The notes beneath the pieces are model-generated. The model had not been told where the DNA came from, made no database searches, and was given only the letters and a program-made list of their open reading frames with translations. A program made the translations under genes and the position numbers. Source: Candidatus Micrarchaeia archaeon (GTDB taxonomy: Archaea > Micrarchaeota > Micrarchaeia > Burarchaeales > JACRGF01). Taken from it: DNA of 64,000 nt. The DNA is taken from positions 12,452-76,451 of the forward strand of contig JAWCPB010000002.1 in the NCBI GenBank assembly GCA_038870455.1. The letters run 5' to 3'. This document shows positions 49,915 to 57,092 of the stretch, one piece after another. Within the stretch, counting starts at the first letter, position 1; every line of letters begins with the position of its first letter.

Positions 49915-50841
49915 GTGGGAGTGGTTGTCAGGACCGGCAGCAGGCTGCACTTCGGCTTGTTTGACCTGAACGGCGAGCGCGGGCGCTGCGACGGCGGCGC
50001 GGGCGTTTATCTGGAGAAGCCTGGGGTGGAGGTTGAGGCCGAGGAAAGCAAGCGCACCGAAGTCATTGCGGAGGAAAGGGTTGCAGAGATACTCGCGGCC
50101 GCACGCGCATTTGCCCCTCACCGCATCATCGTCCGCCGCTCCATTCCTCCTCACGTCGGCCTCGGCTCAACCACTCAGCTCCTGCTCGCTGTGGCAAAAG
50201 CCTGCGCGCCACACAGGCGCGCGCCAGAGCTTGCGCGAGTGGTCGGCAGGGGGGGCACGAGCGGCATCGGCACATGGGGCTTTGCCAAAGGAGGCCTCAT
50301 TTTCGATGCCGGCCATGCCTTTCCAAGTGAAAAAAAGTCGTTTCTACCCTCGGCCGCCTCGCGCGCCCCTCCTCCCCCCCTGCTGGCGCGCATTCCCCTT
50401 CCCCGAAACTGGCTTTTTGTATGCAGCGTTCCTTCACCAAAACGCATTCACGGGAAGCTGGAGAAAAAAATTTTCGCGCGCTACTGCCCGATTCCAAGCA
50501 GGGAGGTTGAGCGCGCTTTTGCAGCCGCTTTTTCCCAAATTGCTCCAGGCGCGCTCGAGCGAGACATCAGTTTGTTCGGCGAAGGCATCGTCGCGCTTCA
50601 ATCCATCGGCTTCAAGAAAATAGAGTGGAGGTTTCAAGAGAAAGCAACACGCGAAGCTTTTACCTTGCTGCAGAAAGAATGCGCGGGCGCAGGCCTCTCC
50701 TCCTTCGGCCCCCTCGTTTTCGGCGTGACCGACTCGGCGAAGCAGGCCAGAGGGCTTGCTTCTTTCCTGCCAAACGCCTTCGTCTCGAGGGTGAGGAACA
50801 AGGGCGCATCCATCGCACACTTCAGCAGCTCTCCTGCTTAA
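49915..50841 (+). CDS. mptG: beta-ribofuranosylaminobenzene 5'-phosphate (RFAP) synthase
   Basis: SRLHFGL.DL, H.GLGSTTQ, GRGGTSGIG, GGL..D.GH, SSFGP. Confidence 0.9.
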   Translation: MGVVVRTGSRLHFGLFDLNGERGRCDGGAGVYLEKPGVEVEAEESKRTEVIAEERVAEILAAARAFAPHRIIVRRSIPPHVGLGSTTQLLLAVAKACAPHRRAPELARVVGRGGTSGIGTWGFAKGGLIFDAGHAFPSEKKSFLPSAASRAPPPPLLARIPLPRNWLFVCSVPSPKRIHGKLEKKIFARYCPIPSREVERAFAAAFSQIAPGALERDISLFGEGIVALQSIGFKKIEWRFQEKATREAFTLLQKECAGAGLSSFGPLVFGVTDSAKQARGLASFLPNAFVSRVRNKGASIAHFSSSPA

Positions 50842-51272
50842 GCCAACCCGCTCTCTGCGAGAAGGCGCTCGATGCGCTCGGCCAGCGCGCGCAGTGCCTT
50901 CGCCTTCGGTTCCAGCCCAATCCTCTCCACCGCACCCTGCGCCTCGATGGAGCCGAGCGCTGTGCGCGCATCGTAATACAGCGCGCGCATCAGCTCGTAT
51001 GCTTTCTCGCCAACCTCATCCTCCCTGCCGAGAAATTGCGAGGCTTCGTCTGCAACCCTCTCCATGAGCGCCGCATCCTCCTTGTAATCAACTTTGGCGA
51101 GTGCGTCGAGAATGTGGAAAGGGGAGCGGGACAGCCCCTGGAGGAGAGCCTCCACAGAGCTTTTGTGCGCGCTCTTGGCCACCTGCAGGCCGAGGACGGT
51201 TTTGCCTCTCTCCAGTATGCTGGGAAATTCTGCCGGCCGTCCGCCCCCCAGCCTCTGCACACCTTTCTTCAT
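50838..51272 (-). CDS. hypothetical helical protein
   Basis: 144 aa ORF lying 3 nt downstream of the DUF1464 gene. Confidence 0.55.
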   Translation of the reverse strand: MKKGVQRLGGGRPAEFPSILERGKTVLGLQVAKSAHKSSVEALLQGLSRSPFHILDALAKVDYKEDAALMERVADEASQFLGREDEVGEKAYELMRALYYDARTALGSIEAQGAVERIGLEPKAKALRALAERIERLLAESGLA

Positions 51273-51275
51273 CTT

Positions 51276-52247
51276 TCACACCACAAAATCAAGTATGCTG
51301 CCGCTCGCGCCATCAATCTCCATGCAATCAAATAATGGATGGAATTCCCCACCGGCGATGCCGTCCGCCAGCATGGCCGCACCGATCGCCGCAGGCTTTC
51401 TTCCATGCCAATAACCTTGGAGGTCGAAGAAGGAAAAGCCTGCCCCAAGCACCTCGAGCTTCTCCTTTGCTTTGCCCGCGAGCGCGCCTGAGAGAACGAC
51501 TTCCTTTGCATCGAGGGCAACGCGCAATCTCGCAAGGTCCTTGAGCACCCCCTCCCAGTAGGCCCTCTCTGCATCGCGGCAGGCTCGCCTCGCATCAATC
51601 ACGCCGCCGGAGAAAACAAATCGTTTGCCCGCCATCCGCCCGCCAGCCATTTTCCCAACCAGCTCCGAATCAACCGCGCCCCTCGCTCGCCAGCCCATGC
51701 TCGCGCAACTTCCTCCAACCCCGTCGATTATCCTGCCTTCCTCCACCGTAAGAAACGCGTTGAAAAAGCTCCCGAGCTCGGCGAAAAGGAAAGTCGTCTC
51801 GTCGAATCTGATGCTTTTTTTGCGGGCAAGGGTAGCGATCGCACAAGCGCACGCCGCCACCTTGTCCGGCGTCCCCAAGTCGAGCTTGTTTATTTTCCTC
51901 CAATCGGGCACTGTGGGGAGATGCTTGGCCCCCGGCAGCACGTATGCATTGATCCCTCTCTGCTTCAGCTCGCGCAACAGCGCGGTGAGCCCGAGAATGC
52001 TCTCGCGCTCTCTCTTGAAGGCGAGGAGGCGAAAGTCGCGGGCGGTGAGCTTGCTCACATGGGTGAGGGGAAGCCCATAACCGGAAGGGGCAGCAACGAC
52101 ATCAGCAGCGGCAACGAGGTCAGCGATTCGTCGTGTTCTCCTCTTTGCCTCGGCGCTCCCCATCTCCCTATAGGCAGATAGTTTGCCATCTGTGAGGAAA
52201 GCAATCGACCACCGCGAGCTTCCGGCATCAATGCCTGCCGACAACAC
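51276..52247 (-). CDS. DUF1464 (ASKHA/butyrate kinase-like) protein
   Basis: GID.G, PSGYGLP, HLPTVP.WRK.N..D.GT.DK, IIDG.GG, GAA..ADG.AGG. Confidence 0.82.
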   Translation of the reverse strand: MLSAGIDAGSSRWSIAFLTDGKLSAYREMGSAEAKRRTRRIADLVAAADVVAAPSGYGLPLTHVSKLTARDFRLLAFKRERESILGLTALLRELKQRGINAYVLPGAKHLPTVPDWRKINKLDLGTPDKVAACACAIATLARKKSIRFDETTFLFAELGSFFNAFLTVEEGRIIDGVGGSCASMGWRARGAVDSELVGKMAGGRMAGKRFVFSGGVIDARRACRDAERAYWEGVLKDLARLRVALDAKEVVLSGALAGKAKEKLEVLGAGFSFFDLQGYWHGRKPAAIGAAMLADGIAGGEFHPLFDCMEIDGASGSILDFVV

Positions 52248-52281
52248 GGTTTAAGTAATTGCGCTCCCGATTTAAATACCT

Positions 52282-53229
52282 GTGAGAGACACAGAGTCCA
52301 TGCAGGCGTTGCCCGATATTCACGCTTGGCCCCCTGCCTTCAGGGTGCCGCTCACGCGCGCCGGCGTGACGGGCATAAAGAAGGCGCTCGTGCAGGAGAA
52401 CGAGGAAGGGAAAAAAACAGTTCTGTACGCCAGCATCGACGCTTTTGTCGACGTGGTGGGCGGGCAGAGGGGCGCGCACTTCAGCCGGCACAACGAGGTC
52501 ATCAACGAGTGCGTCGAGCGCGCAGCTTCGGAGAATGTCGCCGATGTTGAGACGCTGTGCTCCGAGATATCAAAGAGGCTGTTGGAGAGGAACGAGCACG
52601 CCACGCGCGCCGAAGTGCGCCTGGCCGCCGACCTCATCCTGCCGAGGCAGGCGCCGGCCAGCGGCTCACCCGTCCAGGAGAACTACCGCATTCTCGCGAA
52701 AGCCGTTTCGTGGGCGGAGGACGGGGCAGTCAGGACGAGGAAATCAATCGGCATAGAAGCCACCGGCATGACCGTGTGCCCGTGCGGCCTCGAGCTGGCC
52801 AGAGAGCACGCGCGCGGCAAGCTCCTCAAGGAGGGTTTTGATGAGAAACAAGCGGAGCTGGCGCTCGCGTCCATCCCGCTCGCGAGCCACAACCAGAGGT
52901 GCAGGGCGACGCTCATCGTTGAGACGGGCGAGGGCGAGCGCGTTGATGCCCAAGACCTCGTGGAAATCGCCGAGGCCAGCATGTCTTCGCCCGCGTTCGA
53001 CGTGCTCAAGAGGGAGGACGAGCTCAAGGTCATAGTCGAGGCGCACGCCAGGCCTGCCTTTGTTGAAGATGTTGTTCGCAACATGCTCAGCGGCCTGCTC
53101 GCGGCCTATCCGAACCTGGCGCCTGACGCGCTGGTCACAGCCCGGTGCGAGAGCGCCGAGAGCATTCACGCGCACAACGCGTTTGCAGAAAAAATCGTTT
53201 CGCTCGGAGAGCTGAGGGAAGGGACGTGA
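52282..53229 (+). CDS. mptA: GTP cyclohydrolase MptA/FolE2
   Basis: RGAHFSR, GMTVCPC, SHNQR, LKREDE, FVEDVVR, ESIHAHNA. Confidence 0.93.
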   Translation: MRDTESMQALPDIHAWPPAFRVPLTRAGVTGIKKALVQENEEGKKTVLYASIDAFVDVVGGQRGAHFSRHNEVINECVERAASENVADVETLCSEISKRLLERNEHATRAEVRLAADLILPRQAPASGSPVQENYRILAKAVSWAEDGAVRTRKSIGIEATGMTVCPCGLELAREHARGKLLKEGFDEKQAELALASIPLASHNQRCRATLIVETGEGERVDAQDLVEIAEASMSSPAFDVLKREDELKVIVEAHARPAFVEDVVRNMLSGLLAAYPNLAPDALVTARCESAESIHAHNAFAEKIVSLGELREGT

Positions 53230-53663
53230 GGGTTGTCGTCTCAGGCGTTTATTTCAGCGCGGCGCACTTCGTGATGACGGCCGGCGAGCGCGAGGCCATC
53301 CACGGGCACAACTATGAAATAGAGGCGGAAGTCGAGGGGAAAATGGGCAGAGAGGGTTACGTCGTTGACTTCCGCGAGCTCAGGCGCCTGCTGCGCGAGG
53401 CCGCAGCGCCGCTCGACCACAAGTTCCTGCTGCCGGAGAAAAGCAGGAGCGTAAAGGCGAGGAGGAAAAGCGGCGAGGTTGAGGTGGCCGCGTGCGGAAA
53501 AAGATTCGTTTTCCCAGAGGGTGACGTGGCCTTCCTGCCGCTCAGCGCGATCACTGCCGAGCAGCTCGCGAGGTTTTTTTACGGGAGAATAAAGGGGAAG
53601 GTGGGCGGGGCGCTCTCAATCCGCGTCTTCGAAAGCCCTCACGCGAGCGCAGTCTATCCATAG
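53226..53663 (+). CDS. PTPS/QueD-family protein (xExxHGH type)
   Basis: FSAAH, REAIHGHNY, DF..L, DHK.L, TAE.LA; GTGA overlap with mptA. Confidence 0.88.
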   Translation: MRVVVSGVYFSAAHFVMTAGEREAIHGHNYEIEAEVEGKMGREGYVVDFRELRRLLREAAAPLDHKFLLPEKSRSVKARRKSGEVEVAACGKRFVFPEGDVAFLPLSAITAEQLARFFYGRIKGKVGGALSIRVFESPHASAVYP

Positions 53664-53678
53664 CCTTAAATACCGCCT

Positions 53679-54410
53679 TTGCCAAAAGAACACTATGGTG
53701 CTCTCTTGCTGCAATCCGGTATTAAAAAAGAGAAGTTCCGCGCGCTGTGCGTGAGGTTGGGCCTCACGCACACCCGCCACAAGGAAACGTCTCTGTGGTC
53801 TCCTTTCGAAAAATACCTTCTAGAGGACATCAGCCTCCCCCCTGCCGCTGCGGTTTTCGCGCCGCTCGGAAGCAAAGCCGTTGAAAAAGCGGCGAAGGAA
53901 AACCACCGCCGCGGAGTGATTCTCCTGCGCGAGGACACCACGCGCGTGCTCGCCGTGCACACCCACGGGGTTGTGGAGGAAAACCTCCTCTTGGCGCGCG
54001 GCAGGAGCGTGCCGTACATTCAGCATCGCGCGCTCGCCTGCTCCGTGCTGGAGCACCACGCGGTCCTCCAGCGCGCGCACAGGTGGCTTCTCGCCCGCTC
54101 GATGGCAAAGCGCACTGCCGTGCCGCCGGAGTTCTGCAACGAGCTCATCACCGGCTCGGGCACACTCTACTCCTACGGGCTTCTGATCCTCGGCAACAAG
54201 GCCAGCGTTTTGCTTGAAGAGGGGCTGGCGGAATTCTCCACCGAGCTGCGGCACCTCGCGCTCGTCAAGCTCGTGGCGAAAATTGTCGGAGAGCGGACGG
54301 CGGGCGAGCCGGTCGCTGCGCGCTTGTGGTGGCGCAAGAAGGATACGATAACCGACCTCGACTACATGGGAAAGGAAACGGATGCCTTCCTCGCAGGCGC
54401 TAGCCCCTGA
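53679..54410 (+). CDS. hypothetical protein
   Basis: 243 aa ORF with no recognisable motif. Confidence 0.55.
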   Translation: MPKEHYGALLLQSGIKKEKFRALCVRLGLTHTRHKETSLWSPFEKYLLEDISLPPAAAVFAPLGSKAVEKAAKENHRRGVILLREDTTRVLAVHTHGVVEENLLLARGRSVPYIQHRALACSVLEHHAVLQRAHRWLLARSMAKRTAVPPEFCNELITGSGTLYSYGLLILGNKASVLLEEGLAEFSTELRHLALVKLVAKIVGERTAGEPVAARLWWRKKDTITDLDYMGKETDAFLAGASP

Positions 54411-54948
54411 GAATCTTCTCGAGCACCCCCCTCAGCCTCTTTATGACAGGCGTCTCCTCTTCCTCGACGACCACGGGCGGAGCCCTCTCTTCCCTGAGCG
54501 CCTCGGCGACGAGCGCAGAGCACGGGGGGCAGTAAACCTCGCCCTTTTCCGTCACGAACCGCGCCACCGTGCTCTTGCCGCACCTCACGCACACTTTCGC
54601 CGCCAGCCGCATGGCGCCCATTTCCTTGTGATAGCACTCGACGCACATGGCCTCGCCGGTTGGCGTGATGCGCTTTTCGTTCGGGTCTATTATCCAGCGG
54701 CCGCACACCTTGCACATGGCCTCGCGCCTCCTCGCCTCCTCTTTCTGGGCGCAGGACGCGCACAGCGTGCGCCCAAAGCGCGTGCTCACCTCGCTCTTCT
54801 TAAAGTGTCCGTAGCAGCTTGTGCATATCTCGCTGCGCTCCCTCTCCTTCATCTTCTCTCCGTAGCAGTAAGAGCACAGGAAGGAGCCGTAGTAGAGCCC
54901 CATCTCCCAGGGCTCGATGGCACGCCCGCACCGTATGCAGTTAGGCAT
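54400..54948 (-). CDS. multi zinc-finger protein (8 CxxC)
   Basis: CIRC, CSYC, CTSC, CASC, CKVC, CVEC, CVRC, CPPC. Confidence 0.8.
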   Translation of the reverse strand: MPNCIRCGRAIEPWEMGLYYGSFLCSYCYGEKMKERERSEICTSCYGHFKKSEVSTRFGRTLCASCAQKEEARRREAMCKVCGRWIIDPNEKRITPTGEAMCVECYHKEMGAMRLAAKVCVRCGKSTVARFVTEKGEVYCPPCSALVAEALREERAPPVVVEEEETPVIKRLRGVLEKILRG

Positions 54949-55448
54949 CAGAATCCAGCCCTCTCTATCCTGTAATAAGATACGCCGCCTCGCCTCACGA
55001 GCGCCCACACCAGCCTCTTGCGCGCGTTGTGAGCTCTCTCCGCCTCCCCGACGACTTCCTTCGCGCTCGCCCTCTCGCCTTCCCTCACCACCCTGACAAG
55101 AAACTTGGAGGGCGCCTCACCAGGCCTCTTTCCCCTTTCATAAACGCGCAGCCAGCGCTCGCCCTCGGCGATGCGCACGGCACACCCTTTCCTCCTCAGG
55201 TCGGCCAGCACGGCGTATTTTTCAAGGGCAAGCGCATCGCTCTTTTTTGCAAGAGCGAGCAGCTCGCGCTCGCCCAGTTTTCTTCCCCTGCTCACCACCT
55301 TTATCTTGTCGATGGAGACGAGGTAAGCCGCCTCGAGTGGATGAAGCAATACGCTCTCGCCAAACATTCTGCCGAATCCCCTCTTGAAAATCCCGTCCGC
55401 CAGCGCGGGGTTTTCCTCGACGATTTTTCCGGCGTGCAGCGTGGCCAT
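54948..55448 (-). CDS. tRNA-intron endonuclease (EndA)-like subunit
   Basis: GFG, L...EA.YL, Y.V..DLR.KG, RVYERG..PG, AH..RK. Confidence 0.8.
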   Translation of the reverse strand: MATLHAGKIVEENPALADGIFKRGFGRMFGESVLLHPLEAAYLVSIDKIKVVSRGRKLGERELLALAKKSDALALEKYAVLADLRRKGCAVRIAEGERWLRVYERGKRPGEAPSKFLVRVVREGERASAKEVVGEAERAHNARKRLVWALVRRGGVSYYRIERAGF

Positions 55449-55496
55449 CAGCATGTATTTAAAATACAACAACTTAAAGGCTTGCAAGGTGTTGCG

Positions 55497-55877
55497 GTGG
55501 CTGAAGAAGAGAAGGTGGCGGCCGAGGAGGCTGCGGGCGAGGAGATTCCTGAAGAGGAGGAGGCCAAGCTGCCTTTTCCAACCGCCCGCGTTGTCAGAAT
55601 AATAAAGGAGAACCTGCAGAAGGAGCATCAGCTGAAGAGCGACGTCAAGATTGCCGCGAACAAGCTCCTCGGAGACATACTGACCGACATCGCGCGGGCG
55701 ATGGACAAGGAGGAGTTTTACACGCTCTCCATAGAGCACTTCAACAAAGCCGCACGCAAATACAGGGCGGTCGACCTGCAGGCCAAGCGCATCGAGCGCA
55801 TTCGAAAGCTTCTGGAAAAACAGAGGAGCGAGCTCGAGGAGGCGCTGCTCCAGCTCGAGCTCAGCGAGGAATACTGA
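55497..55877 (+). CDS. histone-fold protein with acidic N-tail and C-terminal coiled coil
   Basis: LPFPTARVVRIIK histone-fold start; EEEE-rich N-terminus; heptad-like C-terminus. Confidence 0.75.
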   Translation: MAEEEKVAAEEAAGEEIPEEEEAKLPFPTARVVRIIKENLQKEHQLKSDVKIAANKLLGDILTDIARAMDKEEFYTLSIEHFNKAARKYRAVDLQAKRIERIRKLLEKQRSELEEALLQLELSEEY

Positions 55878-57051
55878 CCGCCGTTTTCCCTCCCGTGAGC
55901 TCGGCAGCCGTTTTTTCGAGCGCTGCTTTTTTTGCCTCGATTTCTTTTTCAATTTCCTTCGCTCTCGCCCGCGCCCGCTCAGCCTCTCCCTCCGCGCTCG
56001 CGACATCGGCGCGCGCCCGCTCGAGCCTCCTCTGCGCTTCTGCGAGAGGGCCGATCGCGGCCTCGGCCTCTGCGGCCTCCTCCTCGGCCTGTCTCACCGC
56101 GGACCACATGGCGTCCGACTGTCGGGCGAGCTCCCTCAGTCCGGCGGCCACCCGCTCCTTCCCGGCAGCCCGCGCGGCCTCTGCCGCCACGCGCGCCACG
56201 ATCGCTCTTTTTTCCACGTTCGCGAAAACTCCCGTGGGATCGGCGAGAAACTCCTCCACCGCGGCCAAGTCTTTTTTGGCTCCGGCGTGCGCGGCCTTGC
56301 GCAGTTCCCTGGCGGCGAGCGCGGCGAGGCGCGCTATCCTCCCGCGCGCGGCCTCAAGAGCCGCGGCGGCCTGCGCGGCTCTTTCCCTCGCCCTCTCCGC
56401 CTCTTCCTTCCTGTGGCTTGCGGCGAGCGCCGCGAGCGCTTCCCTCGCCCGCCCGGCCTTCTCGGCCGCCGCCGCGGCCCTGTCCTCCGCTCTCTTCTTT
56501 TCCTCGTGGAGTGCCGCGAGCGCGCCGCACGCCCGCGCGAGCGCCTCCCACTTCCCGCCCGCTTCCCTCGCCCGCGCGAGCGCGTCCTCCATGCGCTTCA
56601 GCGCGCCGAATGCCGCCTTCATCTCTCCAGCGATTCGCTCCATCTCGGCCTTGTGGAGCGCGAACAGGTACCTGTTGTCGTTGTTCGCCTTGTGGATGCC
56701 GGCCAGCCTGGCCGCGAGCTCGGCGCGCGCTGCCTCGAGGCCTTCGAACGAACCGTCCTGCCCGCCAGCCTCAACGAGCTTTTTTACCCTCTGAATGTAG
56801 TTGGCCTTCATCTCCCTGGCTATCCTCGCCGCCACTTCGCCTTCCCTGTCCGGCGCGCGCTCGAGCTCGGCGAGCGCGCCCTCAATCGCCGCGAGGGCGG
56901 CGCGCGCGGCCCCCAAGGCGCTTGCCGCGCCCGGCAGGAAAGGCTCGCGCGCCCTCGCCACGCCTTCTTCAGCAGTTTTTTCCAGCTCTGCGAGAGTCAC
57001 CTCCCTGCTTCCTCTTTCGAAAAGCGCGCGCACGCTCTCGATGAAACCCAT
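55861..57051 (-). CDS. Ala/Glu/Arg-rich coiled-coil protein
   Basis: Long helical ORF. Confidence 0.7.
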   Translation of the reverse strand: MGFIESVRALFERGSREVTLAELEKTAEEGVARAREPFLPGAASALGAARAALAAIEGALAELERAPDREGEVAARIAREMKANYIQRVKKLVEAGGQDGSFEGLEAARAELAARLAGIHKANNDNRYLFALHKAEMERIAGEMKAAFGALKRMEDALARAREAGGKWEALARACGALAALHEEKKRAEDRAAAAAEKAGRAREALAALAASHRKEEAERARERAAQAAAALEAARGRIARLAALAARELRKAAHAGAKKDLAAVEEFLADPTGVFANVEKRAIVARVAAEAARAAGKERVAAGLRELARQSDAMWSAVRQAEEEAAEAEAAIGPLAEAQRRLERARADVASAEGEAERARARAKEIEKEIEAKKAALEKTAAELTGGKTAVSIPR

Positions 57052-57092
57052 GCAAAACAACCGCTATTATTTAATAGGGGAATATTTATAGC

